Positions 22,131 through 33,569 of a DNA stretch of 64,000 nucleotides are shown here, piece after piece. The stretch lies in NCBI GenBank assembly GCA_000091205.1, contig AP006499.2; one strand, written 5' to 3'. A program made the translations under genes and the position numbers. Positions within the stretch are counted from its first letter, which is position 1; every line of letters starts with the position of its first letter. The stretch is from Cyanidioschyzon merolae (taxonomy: Eukaryota). A model generated the notes under the pieces. It was not told the origin of the DNA. It saw only the letters and a list, made by a program, of their open reading frames with translations, and made no database searches.

Positions 22131-24251
22131 ATGGCGCAAAACACTGGACAAGAGACTTATGAGTTCCAGGCGGAGATCAATCAGCTCATGTCGCTGATTG
22201 TCAACGCGCTGTACTCGAGTCGCGACGTGGCGCTGCGAGAGCTGATTAGCAACGCCTCTGATGCGCTGGATAAACTTCGTTACTTATCTCTGTCGGACAA
22301 GTCAGTCTTGGATGCCGATGAGAAGATGGAAATCTACATCAAAGCAGATAAAGAGGCGAAGACACTGGAGGTGCGCGACACTGGTATCGGGATGACCAAG
22401 TCAGACCTCGTGACAAACCTCGGCACGATTGCCAAGTCTGGCACGAAGAGCTTCATCGAGGCGCTCCAGGCCGGAGCGGACGTTTCGCTCATCGGGCAGT
22501 TCGGTGTCGGGTTCTTGTCCGCTTTCCTTATCGCAGATGTCGTGGAAGTGCGCACCAAGCATAATGATGATGCGGGCTACATCTGGGAGTCCTCAGCCGG
22601 TGGTACGTTCACTATTCGACCGGATCCTGAACCGCTCAAGCGAGGAACTGCCGTGATTTTGCACTTGAAGGATGATCAGTTGGAGTACCTGGAAGAGCGT
22701 CGTATTAAGGAAATCGTCAACCGACATTCTTCCTTCATTCAGTATCCTATTTTCTTGTACAAGGAGGTGGAGAAGGAGGTGGATGCGGATGAAGACGACG
22801 AGAAAATGGAGGATGTTGACAAAGCTAAGGAAGAGGGTGATGTCGAAGAGATCAAAGAGGAAGAGGAGAAGAAGGACAAGAAGAAGAAAAAGAAGGTGAA
22901 GACGGTCGAGTGGGTGCAGCTGAACAAGACCAAAGCGATCTGGATGCGGCGTCCAGAGGAGGTTTCTCGAGAAGACTACAACGCATTCTACAAGGCGATT
23001 ACCAACGACTGGGAGGACCCGCTCGCAATCAAGCACTTCTCCGTGGAGGGCCAAGTCGAGTTTACAGCGTTGCTGTTCTGCCCACGCCGAGCACCCTTCG
23101 ATTTATTCGAGCCTCGAAAGAAGCTCAACAATATTAAGCTGTACGTTCGGCGCGTCTTTATCATGGATAACTGCGAGGATCTCATCCCAGAGTACCTGAA
23201 CTTTGTCAAGGGCGTCGTCGACTCCGAAGACCTGCCGCTCAATATTTCCCGCGAAATGCTCCAGCAGAACAAGATCTTGAAGGTCATGAAGAAGAATATC
23301 GTGAAGAAATGCCTTGAAATGTTCAGTGACCTCGCGGAAAACAAGGAAGATTTTAAGACTTTCTATGAGCAGTTCAGCAAGAACATCAAGCTTGGTATCC
23401 ATGAGGACACTGCGAACCGCTCGAAACTAGCAGAGCTGTTGCGGTTCTACTCGACCAAGTCTCCGGACGAGTACACTTCGTTGAAAGAATACGTATCTCG
23501 CATGAAGGAGGGCCAGAAAGCCATCTACTACATCACAGGTGAAAGCAAGAAGGCGGTTGAGAACTCGCCTTTCCTGGAGAAGCTGAAGAGGCGCGGTTAC
23601 GAGGTCTTGTTCATGACAGAGCCTATCGACGAGTACTGTGTACAGGCCCTGCGAGAATACGACGGTAAGAAGCTTGTCTGCGCCACGAAGGAAGGTCTCC
23701 AGCTCGAGGAAGACGAGGAAGAAAAGAAGCGGCGTGAAGAGGAGGCTGCGCGCTTCGCGAATCTGCTCAAAGTGATGAAGGATATTCTAGGAGACCGTGT
23801 CGAGAAGGTCATTCTCAGTGAACGGCTCGCAGACTCGCCATGCATTTTGGTAACGAGTGAGTTCGGTTGGTCCGCCAACATGGAGCGTATCATGAAGGCG
23901 CAAGCGCTTCGAGATAGCACCATGTCCATGTACATGAGCGCCAAGAAGATCATGGAAGTGAACCCGAGCAACCCCATCATTCGTGAGCTGCGAGACCGAG
24001 TCGAAGCGGATCCCTCGGACAAGACAGTCAAGGACCTAGTCAATTTGCTATACGACACAGCGCTACTCGCGAGTGGTTTCTCCCTCGATGAGCCGAATAC
24101 ATTCTCGAGCCGCATCCACCGCATGATCAAGCTAGGTCTCAGCATCGACGAAGACGAGGAAGAGGAAACACCAGGTGTCACCATGGAGAATGGTGCAGTC
24201 GAGTCAGGCACTGGCGATGCCGTCGAGAGTGCCATGGAGGAAGTCGACTGA
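22131..24251 (+). CDS. HSP90: Cytosolic heat-shock protein 90
   Basis: N-terminal ATPase motifs [21 protein letters not shown] and IGQFGVGF; charged linker KKDKKKKKK; middle and C-terminal domains collinear with Hsp90; C-terminal MEEVD TPR-acceptor motif. Confidence 0.95.
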   Translation: MAQNTGQETYEFQAEINQLMSLIVNALYSSRDVALRELISNASDALDKLRYLSLSDKSVLDADEKMEIYIKADKEAKTLEVRDTGIGMTKSDLVTNLGTIAKSGTKSFIEALQAGADVSLIGQFGVGFLSAFLIADVVEVRTKHNDDAGYIWESSAGGTFTIRPDPEPLKRGTAVILHLKDDQLEYLEERRIKEIVNRHSSFIQYPIFLYKEVEKEVDADEDDEKMEDVDKAKEEGDVEEIKEEEEKKDKKKKKKVKTVEWVQLNKTKAIWMRRPEEVSREDYNAFYKAITNDWEDPLAIKHFSVEGQVEFTALLFCPRRAPFDLFEPRKKLNNIKLYVRRVFIMDNCEDLIPEYLNFVKGVVDSEDLPLNISREMLQQNKILKVMKKNIVKKCLEMFSDLAENKEDFKTFYEQFSKNIKLGIHEDTANRSKLAELLRFYSTKSPDEYTSLKEYVSRMKEGQKAIYYITGESKKAVENSPFLEKLKRRGYEVLFMTEPIDEYCVQALREYDGKKLVCATKEGLQLEEDEEEKKRREEEAARFANLLKVMKDILGDRVEKVILSERLADSPCILVTSEFGWSANMERIMKAQALRDSTMSMYMSAKKIMEVNPSNPIIRELRDRVEADPSDKTVKDLVNLLYDTALLASGFSLDEPNTFSSRIHRMIKLGLSIDEDEEEETPGVTMENGAVESGTGDAVESAMEEVD

Positions 24252-24315
24252 GCGTCTTTATCGGATTGGGCGCGCCCACTGGCACATCATTCCCAGGTGC
24301 TGGATATCTGTATGA

Positions 24316-24343
24316 GCTGCTGCTGCTGCTGCTGCTGCTGCTA
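24316..24343. repeat. (GCT)n microsatellite 65 bp downstream of the HSP90 stop
   Basis: Direct read: gctgctgctgctgctgctgctgctgcta. Confidence 0.9.
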
Positions 24344-24494
24344 GTGGCGAGTTCGAGCATTGGCACTGGGAAAAGCAAACACGCTTGGTCAGCGACTGCA
24401 TGAGCGCAACTGAGAACGTGGTTTTTCCAGTTTAACGTCGTCGAAATGGCACACACGCACACGGTCAGTAAAACGAAAACGTTTCACAACCATG

Positions 24495-25865
24495 GAAAGG
24501 AAAAATATCTACCCACGCGCGGACGCCTCCCAGACCTTTTTTGACAGGCCGACTTGTATCGGTTTGAGCTTCTCCTCGTAAACCTCTTGCCTAAGCGACT
24601 GCTCCATAAAATGAGGTTGCGTCAGCTCGGCGAGTCCCGTCTTGAGCACCGCACATCGTCTGATATTGATGGCGGCATTGAAGTCTCGATTCACGAACTC
24701 CATGTATATACTGACACTGGTGGAACTCACCAGCGCAAGGATTGCTCAAAGTCGTGCGCGCTGGGCCCTTTGGTGCTCTGTCAGCTCTCCGTGATTTTCT
24801 AGCTCCAAAGCGCTCCGCTGCATTTTCTCCATCTTGACATTTTCGAGTGTACACCAAAGATCGTACTTTTATTTTTTTTTAAATGAACGCACTTCTTTAT
24901 GGCCTTCGGTAAGGGCTCTCCCGGGGGAGGAAGCTTTTGCGGAAGCAAGACGTCATGTGCCCCGGTGAGTCACCGTATGCTGGACGCCTCAGCGATTCGC
25001 CCAGTAGAGCAATTATAACGTTTCACGATAGAAAACACTCCTTCAGTGAGGTTGAACTACGGCGAGTACGGAGGACCGAAAAGCAGCTCTGCCCGGATAG
25101 CATTGGTAAAGCTCGAACGCAAACGGAATGATGAAATGCGACGTTGTCCAGTTGAAGGATGTCGGCAGACGCCACGGGAAGAGTCATCAATGATTCAACA
25201 AAGTGGGTGCTTTTCTTGTATGAGCCGTCTCTACGAGCGAAACTGAGGTCGTAAAATGAAACCACGGCACCTAGAAGCTGCGATGATATCGTTCTCGTTC
25301 TCTTCGAGTTCGATTGTAGATAGAACGGGCTCCATTCAACTCAAGTACCCGTGTGCGCCTCAACCGTTTCGTGTGAAGCAATTCTAGTCGTCTGAAACAA
25401 ACCAAATTTCCTCTGCTTCATACCGATTGCGACGCTCCAGGGAACTGTTTTTGCGATTTCGGTGGATAATGCCCATGCGTGAACTAGGACTCTGTTTCTG
25501 CGACGGTATCCCAGTGCATTCAGGACCAAACGAACAAGATGTTGAGAAACAGAGACGCCAGTGGTGGCTAGTATCATCGCTTTTGCTTCCCGGAAGATGA
25601 TTCACGGGTCGTTTTGAACCACTGACCGCAAACAGTCTCTGATGGTACCAATTTTTGGTGCGGTGCGCATCTGCTTGTTTCTTTCAGTGTTCCTCAACCA
25701 TCTGAGTACTGTGGTATGATCGAGCAAAAGAAGGAATGCAGTGCTCCTAGCACTGATTCGTAAAGAATACATCCTAGAGACAAGTCGTCTCCGAGCTATA
25801 CAATACATTGCATCGCGATTTCCATTTCCTAATATACACCGCATCGAGGCTGGAGCAAATCTGAG
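24495..25865 (-). mobile_element. Copy B of the degenerate TnpB/Fanzor-like element, minus-sense
   Basis: Minus ORF 24509..24730 reads ...YMEFVNRDFNAAINIRRCAVLKTGLAEL...KKVWEASARG*. An adjacent frame gives the Cys/His-rich LSNPCAGEFHQCQYIHG. It is collinear with copy A over ~1.4 kb; shared blocks include cgtcagctc..gtcttcagcaccgc.catcgtctgatatt and ttgtttctttca.tgttcctcaaccatctgagtac. Confidence 0.6.
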
Positions 25866-27728
25866 CTGAAAGCCCAGAGGGGCTCTGCGCGAACCTGCCG
25901 CTTGCCCATTGGATCCGTTCGTTCCCGCGGCGGTGCTCAGCGCTCCTGCGCCGCATGGTATTCGGCATGCTGGCGCCTGACACACTAAGTGCGACGTGGC
26001 TGTTGGGGAGTCGACGCCACTCTCAGCGCAGGGCCTTGAACAAGCACCAGGTCGTAGAGAGTCTGCCCGCCTTGAAGCAGTGCGCCACAGACTCATTATT
26101 TCAGATCCAAATGGGACACTGGACTGAGCGCTCTGCTCTTGTCTTTCCATTTATTTTCCGAACTTTGTTTGAAGAAGTACAGCATCAACATTCGAGCTGC
26201 AGCGATCAGGGCTTTCGGACTCGTACGTGCGTTTCGGATCCTCAGTCGTGGCCTCGGAGTGGCTCATTCGACGCTTTGGCGCTGGTATTCGATACGTGAC
26301 CCGAATTAGGACGATTCGCGACGCCCGCGACCATGGGTTCCTAACATCATCCAAGTCATTATTTAATTCATACGTAGAAGCCTCCACGCGTCCCCGTTCC
26401 TTATGAATATCATGGACATAGCACGCATTCTTCAAGATTTTGTTTCTTCTGTTTCAAGGCAACGCTTGGGCAGAACGCTTCGCGCCGCTGAATGGACGAG
26501 ACGAAAACGCTCAACGTCGTCACTTGAGGGCCTGGTTCAAGAGTTCATCCTTAAAGTCCGCAGAGCTTTGGGCGGTCAAATAATCGATTCCGTTCGAAAC
26601 GCAGATCCCTCTCTCATTGTGATCATCGACGAAACGTGATGGCATACCAGCTAGAAACCTTTCACGGAACAAACTCCCGGAAACGCCCAGCGCTTCCGTT
26701 TCCATGTTAAAGGGTTTCGGACTCGGACCTGAGTCATCGCAGGGATCGCGTCTAGACGAGAATGCATCAGTGCGATGAACGTAAGGAACGTAAACAGACC
26801 GAAATGTTTAGACTCGTTCTCCAGCCTGGTTCCTCCTCACTGTACTTGTTTCAGCATGCGTGACATCGCGTTCCCGCACATGCTCCGAAGAATGGTACAG
26901 CGCGCACATGCGCAGCGCACAGCGTATTCACGGAAGGAATCGTCTAGAGGAAGCTAGTGATCGTAAGGTACTGCTACGCACGCGGAAACAGAGGAGGAGG
27001 CGGAGCGCATCCGGGCGAGCCTGCATGCACCATGGGGCGGCGCTCGTAGGCGACATTGTGGTGGCATATCGGGGCATTTGAAGACACGCTCTTGTGACCG
27101 CTGCGAAGCGCGCACCGCGACTATATGCAGCGAAGATGAATATGGCAAGCGAAGCGTAGATCACAACTGTTGCCTACACACGACATGCATAACCACAACG
27201 ACCGGAAACTGTGAAATCGGGACTTGCACCTCGCCATCAACATCCTTCGGCTGCTGATAACGGAGCTAGAGGAAACAGAGAGAGACCGGTACTTTTAAAA
27301 CCGGATATGAAACGAGGGAAATGGGATGCATTCGCCGACCAGACCCACAAAGGCGGAAACTCATGGCCAAGGGAAAGACACCCAACCTTTTGAGTCTGCC
27401 CCCGATTCGGCTGCGTGTACCCGTTCGATACGATGTTCACATGGTTGTTGCAGTGCAAGCACCTTGTCCAGCAAGTCCAGCCTTCAAGCTCACGCTCCGT
27501 TTTCTCGTGTAAAAGAGGCACGCTTGTTCATACGTGTCGAGGATGAAACCCGCTGGAACGTTGTACCACGGTACCAAGAGCAGCACCAACAACACGAACA
27601 ACAACAAGCCAGTTCATGCGCTCAGCGAATGCTATGGAACCTTTGCCGAACGCGAGGCGCGCTGTGCTGCTGAACGCGATTACAGCAACGATTATCATTG
27701 CTGTGGCTGTCATCAACGCTTCCGCACT

Positions 27729-28550
27729 ATGTTTCTTTCAAGGTCCGAGTATGATCGGGGGGTGAACACTTTTTCTCCGGAAGGACGTCTCTTTCAAGTT
27801 GAGTACGCTCTTGAAGCAATTAAACTGGGGTCCACTGCGGTGGGCATTCAGTGTGCGGACGGTGTCGTGCTCGCGGTCGAGAAGCGGGTGACGTCACCTC
27901 TGATCGAACCGCGTTCCATCGAGAAGATCGTGGAGATCGACACACACATTTGCGCGACCATGTCGGGTTTAACCGCTGATGCGCGGACACTGGTGCAGCA
28001 CGCGCGCACGGAGGCGCAGAACCACCGGTTCAACTACGAAGAGCCGATGCCAGTCGAGTCTGTCGCTCAGGCGGTTTGTGACTTGGCGCTGCGCTTTGGC
28101 GAGTCGGGTTATGGTGAAGACGATGGCGAAGACGAGGATGGTGGTGGGGGTGATGGAAGCGGCCAACGGGGCCGGAACAACGCCCCGGTTATGTCGCGCC
28201 CGTTTGGTGTTGCGCTTCTGCTCGCCGGCTGCGACGAACGCGGACCGGCGCTGTACACCACGGACCCCTCGGGCACGTATACACGCTGGCTTGCGAAGGC
28301 TATCGGCGCGGGTGGTGAGAGCGCTCAAGTCGTGCTTGAGGAGCGATACCGAAGGGATCTGTCGCTCGCCGAAGCCGAGGCAATCGCACTCCAAGTCCTG
28401 CGTCAGGTCATGGAGGAGAAGCTCGGCGCGAAGAATATTGAAATGGCGCGAGTAGTGCCTGATGGCAAGTCTGGTCGCTTTGAGCTTTACTCGATGGAAC
28501 GACTAAAGGCCTGTATTGAGAGCATGTCTATGACGGACTCGCCGAGATAG
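27729..28550 (+). CDS. 20S proteasome subunit alpha type-5 (PUP2/PSMA5 ortholog); the ORF extends upstream to 27534 but homology begins at the internal Met
   Basis: [79 protein letters not shown] matches alpha-5 from its N-terminus. It carries a lineage-specific acidic/Gly-rich insertion, [28 protein letters not shown]. Confidence 0.85.
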   Translation: MFLSRSEYDRGVNTFSPEGRLFQVEYALEAIKLGSTAVGIQCADGVVLAVEKRVTSPLIEPRSIEKIVEIDTHICATMSGLTADARTLVQHARTEAQNHRFNYEEPMPVESVAQAVCDLALRFGESGYGEDDGEDEDGGGGDGSGQRGRNNAPVMSRPFGVALLLAGCDERGPALYTTDPSGTYTRWLAKAIGAGGESAQVVLEERYRRDLSLAEAEAIALQVLRQVMEEKLGAKNIEMARVVPDGKSGRFELYSMERLKACIESMSMTDSPR

Positions 28551-29977
28551 CCTTTGCGGAATTGTTGGTAAACATTCATCCCGAGCAGCAGGAGAATTTG
28601 CGCTGCAAGCGTCGCAGCGCACGCTAGACCAGTAGTCTCCGCAGGCGCGGTAGCCGCTGCAACCGCCAGACCCGGAAAGGCAAGCTCGTACGCGAACGTT
28701 CGACGCACTCTCGGTGAATGGCCGGCAAGGCGTCCGCCAATCAGACCAAACAGGAGCCCTATCAGTGACATGAGCAACGACGCCACAAATACGCCTCGAC
28801 TGCCGCTCATCACGCGTGCCGTGCGAGACGATGCCATCGTTCCGAGGGTCAGCAGGGCGATGCTTATCCATGACACCGGACGGAGGACTCGACGTAGACG
28901 ATCCACCGGTGCCGGTGGTGCGAAAATGGCGCCAACGCAGCCCGCCAAGAGCGGCACCGTAACCAGTAGGACGTAGAGTGAAGCGTACCAGAGAATCGCC
29001 GGGGCTCCGGTGCTCGCTACCAGATAATCAGCGACACCCACGGAAGAGGGAAATCGCGCAACTGCCGCAGCGATCAGCAGCAGCAGCGGAATCGTCAGCG
29101 CGGATGCGGCCACAGAGCTGAATGTCATCATCGCTGCGAGCTCGCGAATCGTTGTGTTCGTCAGTGCTGCAATCCACAAGGTCGCATAGCCGCTTGGTGA
29201 GGCAGCGATCAGCAACAGCGATGAAACAGACGCAGCGTCGAGCTGGATTCCGAGCGGGAACACCAGCAGTGCCGTGGCGAGCGGCATCAGTAAGAGGCGA
29301 CCAAGCGTGGCCATAGCGATTGTTAGCGGCAATCGCTTGATATTTCCGAGCTCGTAGGAGCCCAGGGAAAGCCCCAACGCAAACGTAATGATAGCCAAGG
29401 AGGGATATCGAACTCTGGCCGAACTTGCAAACAGGAACCATCGGGGAAACACAAACGCGAGCGTTCCCAGGGCCAAGAGCGCACCGAGCAAGCGAAGGGC
29501 TAGCCGGGTATCTTTAGCGTGCGCGAGCGAGCCGTAGTAACTTGTTGGGCTGGAAAACGCCCCGCTATGGACTCGCTGTTGCAGGGACTTGTCCTGCATG
29601 TATAGAGTCTGCGTTAGACCGGGGAGCGAGCGCCCTGAGGCGTCGTCGCGCTCACGCGTGCCGCAGGCGAAACGCCATCGTCTGGCATGCCAGCCGGTCA
29701 GAGGCGCTTGCGACGCACGAGCTGAATCCAGAAAGCGCTCCCGGGAGCGGCTCACAGAAACACCGGTCGCGACCGGTTTCCGATCGGCTTGCGTAGCGCT
29801 GCGCCAGCAGCACCACGCTGGCGCCGACTGCAGTTTACACAGGAGCTTGACTTGAAACATGTTTCGTTTGCTGGAGTTCAGAGCTGCTACATGGAACTGG
29901 ACACATATCCAGAACCCTTGTGGTGTAGAGGTATCTGCAAAGGACCAAGCACACGACCCCTTCCCGCCGTTCTCCAA
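28487..29977 (-). CDS. Polytopic membrane transporter (about 10 predicted TM helices; BASS/auxin-efflux-carrier-like fold); the N-terminal ~120 aa is an extension or overcall
   Basis: A long hydrophobic C-terminal two-thirds with repeated helix-length segments ([65 protein letters not shown]). GC3 bias is like the neighbouring genes. The family assignment is unverified. Confidence 0.45.
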   Translation of the reverse strand: MENGGKGSCAWSFADTSTPQGFWICVQFHVAALNSSKRNMFQVKLLCKLQSAPAWCCWRSATQADRKPVATGVSVSRSRERFLDSARASQAPLTGWHARRWRFACGTRERDDASGRSLPGLTQTLYMQDKSLQQRVHSGAFSSPTSYYGSLAHAKDTRLALRLLGALLALGTLAFVFPRWFLFASSARVRYPSLAIITFALGLSLGSYELGNIKRLPLTIAMATLGRLLLMPLATALLVFPLGIQLDAASVSSLLLIAASPSGYATLWIAALTNTTIRELAAMMTFSSVAASALTIPLLLLIAAAVARFPSSVGVADYLVASTGAPAILWYASLYVLLVTVPLLAGCVGAIFAPPAPVDRLRRVLRPVSWISIALLTLGTMASSRTARVMSGSRGVFVASLLMSLIGLLFGLIGGRLAGHSPRVRRTFAYELAFPGLAVAAATAPAETTGLACAATLAAQILLLLGMNVYQQFRKGYLGESVIDMLSIQAFSRSIE

Positions 29978-30482
29978 GGCGTCCTCTGACCTGCACCAGT
30001 GGCGGTGGCTAGTCGAACGCCACGTACGAGCGGAGTTGCGTCAGCGACAGGGCTAGGTTCGCATTCCGGACAAGGCTAGAACAAAACTGAATCATACAGT
30101 TTCTATATGTATGTAATAGATCAGAAATATATATAACTGGATATTATAAGACGTGCGCGCGGATCACACACGCGCAGCGGCTGGCAGGCATCATTGCGCG
30201 GGGGATTTCCCGCGCCACACCCCAGCAGCACCGCACGGACACGCTCGCAGCGCAAATCGTGCGGTCCAGCGCAGAACGTCGAGAAACAACGCGTATCGCC
30301 GCGTTCACGAACCTGACTCAAGCGGTGCACTACACAGAAAGTTCCTGTCTGTAAACCGAGTCCCTTCACCGTGCGGTATCCAGTGTCCTTGGTTTTCCGT
30401 GCCTGCAAGAAAGCTACGCACGGACGCTCTGTGCGCTGCAGCGACTTGGAGCGCAAAAACGGACCCGCGCGTTTAGGGTGCG

Positions 30483-31814
30483 GTGCGTTGCGGAGCGAAG
30501 CGTCTTCCCATGTCGGCGGTGCGTCCGAAACGCCAACGATCGCACAGGTCGACGGCACCCGGGTCAAGACGCAGTTCGTCCTCCCGTGTACCCGTGGGCA
30601 CTGTGAAGGCGGTCAACACGGAGGTACCGCCCTCCGCGACGTCGGGCGACGGCGAAGGCTCAGCTTGCGTCTCGGTGGACCGCTGCTGCAACGCTGCCGC
30701 CGAAGGTGACTGGACCACCTACCTCTCCAACGCAAAGCGAGTGCTGCGTGCGACCCTGGATCGTGGCACGCGTGTCCTCGATGGACACGCTCGCTCCACC
30801 GGTGACGCATGGCTCGTACTTCGCGCTTTCGTGGAGCGTGCTCACTTTGCGAATGCGAGTCAGCGCTTTCAAGAAGTGTACGCGGCGCTAGAGCGCTGTA
30901 TGCAAGACGCTGCGTTTCTCGGTATGCTTCTGTCCATCCTGCAGGCGGACATCGATCGAGACCTCACTGGAACTGTTGCGCAGAGCATCACACGCCTCGC
31001 TTTCGCCGAGAATGGCCGTGAACGTCTGGAAGCGGCCGGTTTCCTGGGAGCGTTATGGGAGGCCCGCTCACGATACCTGGCCAGGTGCGATTGGTGCGTC
31101 GTTGCCCATTTAAGTGAGGCGCTTGCTATTCTGGTCCAGTGTGATGCGAACGTGCAACGGCTGTTGTCAAGTGAACCCAACCCGACGATTCACATCGACG
31201 CCTTGCGTGCTGAAGTTCAAGACTCGACAGATGCCAGTGGGCCAGCGTTCGCACTGGAGGCCATCGTCGGCCTTGTTGCGTCACCTTCGTTTTCAGTGAC
31301 CGGTGCTATGGCAAAGTCCCTGAGCAAACTGGTGATACAGGTGACGCAAACGGCATTATCTGCTATGCGGACGCGCCCTCCTGCAGAGCATGGGTTTCTT
31401 ATAGACCGCGTTGTCGTGGCGAGCACACTTGCACAACGACTGGCTCGATCGAATCCGCAGGATGTTTTGAGCGAACTTTATGAGCAATGGCTGCCCTTGA
31501 TTGAGCAGACGATGACCGTGCAGGAGTTGGATGGTGCAATGCGATGGCGCCTCATGTCGAACGCGGCGGATATCGAATGGGTGCAGCGCCTTGGATGCAG
31601 CGAGAAGAGCGGCGATCGCACTGAAAAGGGCGATCTGCCGCTGTCATTGCATCCAAGCGACCGCACAAGCAAACAGGCAGATGCCGGTACCAGCATCGCC
31701 GGTAAAACGAGACTGAATCGGGCTGGGGCTTCATCAACTCAACGGGGACGAGGCCAACGAACGGGTCGCGGAGCTGGGCGTGCTCGCAGTGCGGGCGTCG
31801 AGGTTGCTTCGTAG
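30483..31814 (+). CDS. Hypothetical protein (443 aa), helical and Ala/Leu-rich, with an R/G-rich C-terminal tail
   Basis: Long ORF with coding-like GC3 and no recognisable motif. Its 3' end overlaps the convergent ORF 31734..33569 by 81 bp. Confidence 0.4.
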   Translation: MRCGAKRLPMSAVRPKRQRSHRSTAPGSRRSSSSRVPVGTVKAVNTEVPPSATSGDGEGSACVSVDRCCNAAAEGDWTTYLSNAKRVLRATLDRGTRVLDGHARSTGDAWLVLRAFVERAHFANASQRFQEVYAALERCMQDAAFLGMLLSILQADIDRDLTGTVAQSITRLAFAENGRERLEAAGFLGALWEARSRYLARCDWCVVAHLSEALAILVQCDANVQRLLSSEPNPTIHIDALRAEVQDSTDASGPAFALEAIVGLVASPSFSVTGAMAKSLSKLVIQVTQTALSAMRTRPPAEHGFLIDRVVVASTLAQRLARSNPQDVLSELYEQWLPLIEQTMTVQELDGAMRWRLMSNAADIEWVQRLGCSEKSGDRTEKGDLPLSLHPSDRTSKQADAGTSIAGKTRLNRAGASSTQRGRGQRTGRGAGRARSAGVEVAS

Positions 31815-33569
31815 TTCCGCTTGGGCCTCGGCGGCCTGTTTCAGTTTGGTGTTGAATTCTTGCGCCTCTTGGAGAAGGCGTTTTCGGATGCTATCCTCCC
31901 GTCCTGGTTGTGTTTTGGACGCTGAGCGCTGGCCTTGTCGAAGATGCTCTTCATGTCTGGTGAGAAGTCGATCTTCCAGGGCACAGATGCGTTCGCAGAG
32001 CTCGGCTGCAGTATTTTCCTTGGATTCGAGAGCCTGTTGAATCTCTTTCAGGGCTTGCTCCTTCAGACCAAGTTCTTTTTGGGAACGCTCGCACTGTTCA
32101 TGTAATTCGCGCTCTCGCTTAGTGGCAGTCTCCCATGCAGATCGAACTTCGGCCAGCTCGTGCACCAGCTGAAGCTTGCTCTGCTCGAGCCGTCTCAGTT
32201 CTCGTTCAAGTTGATTCGCACGTCGCTCATTCCGCTGAATTTCCTGTTTCATGGCTGCTTCGTGTCCCTCAAGCTCGTGAATGCGAGCATACAGCCGCTC
32301 TGCTTGCGAATGCGCTCGCTTCTGACCGGTTGCTTGCGCCTGAGCGAAACGATGTGCGCATGCGGCAGCATGTAGAAGCGTCTGGGACAAACGTTGCTCA
32401 AGTGAACGGCATTTCGCAGCGACGCCGCACTCCAGTTCAGCGCATTGTCGCTCCCATCCACACGTAAAAGAGAAGAGCGTTCGGGCAACGCCCTTGAGGC
32501 CGCGTTGCCACTGCTTGGTCACGGCTTGTTCCGCACGCATCTGCTCTTCGTGCTGAATCTTCACAGTATTGAGCGTTTCGACATGGCGTTGTGCCTGTTG
32601 CCGCCACTCCTGCTCTGATTGTTTGGCTTGGTCGAGCTTTTTCTGGACCTTCTCGGTGATCGATTCAAAGTGCTGGATTTGACCCTGCATGGCTTCGAAT
32701 CGATGCCTGTTCTCGTCAGCTATTTTTCGCAGCTCTTCCTGGCGTTTTTCGAGGGCCTGCTCGCGGCTATTCGCGGCCTGGACGATCTCGAGAAGCTCTT
32801 GCTGGAGTTTGCGCTCGGAATCCCTCGCAAGGGCCTCTTGTTCCTCAAGCTGATGACAGCGGTCCTCGAACTCACGAAGCTTTTGTCGTAGCGTCACGTT
32901 TTCGCGATAGAGCGCATCCGCCTGGTGGGATTCCGCTTTTTGCGGCGGCGGCGTGCTTTCAATCGTCCTCTGGACGGTCTTGCGAAGAAGCTCGAACTCC
33001 GTCGAGAGTCGAGCACGGTCGCTCTCCCATCGCTGACGCTCCTTTTCTCGGAAACGCTCCAGCCGGACCACCACCTCAAGGAGACTTCTCGTGGGAAAGA
33101 GCGTCACACTCAGTCCGACGAACCTTGGGGGCTCGCAAAGGCGCCCACTGGTACAGCGCGCTTCAGTGGCACCTGAGACCAACCCGTGCAGCTCATTGCA
33201 GGGCTGAAAAGCGTTCATGACGGCCTCGACGTATTGCGCACAAACTAGGTCTGAGCAGCTGTTTCCCTCCTGTGTGAATAATACCCGGGAGAGAAGGCAA
33301 GCTTCGGCGACTCCAAGGTCTCGCAAACGAGCCTGCTGCGACATAGCTGAGGCTGAGCCTGGCAAGCGCCCGCCGATTCGAGGCCGGCACCCCAGCAGAT
33401 TGCAAGGAGCAAACTTGTTCCTTTGAACTTTTGGAACGTGCTTCAATACCCACCAGTTGCAAACGAAATGGAACAGTGGTATGATGACGTGCACACGCAG
33501 CAACAGGTACATCACCAGGAGGTGCCTCTGCTGCCTGAGCACGCTCGCTTTGGAGAGCGCGTAGGCCAT
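31734..33569 (-). CDS. Hypothetical long coiled-coil protein (611 aa)
   Basis: About 400 aa of heptad-like E/Q/R/K/L-rich sequence (LEEQEALARDSERKLQQELLEIVQAANSREQALEKRQEELRKIADENRHRFEAMQGQIQHFESITEKVQKKLDQAKQSEQEWRQQAQRH). The N-terminal ~70 aa look non-native, so the true start is likely an internal Met. Confidence 0.5.
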   Translation of the reverse strand: MAYALSKASVLRQQRHLLVMYLLLRVHVIIPLFHFVCNWWVLKHVPKVQRNKFAPCNLLGCRPRIGGRLPGSASAMSQQARLRDLGVAEACLLSRVLFTQEGNSCSDLVCAQYVEAVMNAFQPCNELHGLVSGATEARCTSGRLCEPPRFVGLSVTLFPTRSLLEVVVRLERFREKERQRWESDRARLSTEFELLRKTVQRTIESTPPPQKAESHQADALYRENVTLRQKLREFEDRCHQLEEQEALARDSERKLQQELLEIVQAANSREQALEKRQEELRKIADENRHRFEAMQGQIQHFESITEKVQKKLDQAKQSEQEWRQQAQRHVETLNTVKIQHEEQMRAEQAVTKQWQRGLKGVARTLFSFTCGWERQCAELECGVAAKCRSLEQRLSQTLLHAAACAHRFAQAQATGQKRAHSQAERLYARIHELEGHEAAMKQEIQRNERRANQLERELRRLEQSKLQLVHELAEVRSAWETATKRERELHEQCERSQKELGLKEQALKEIQQALESKENTAAELCERICALEDRLLTRHEEHLRQGQRSASKTQPGREDSIRKRLLQEAQEFNTKLKQAAEAQAELRSNLDARTASTPSSATRSLASSPLS

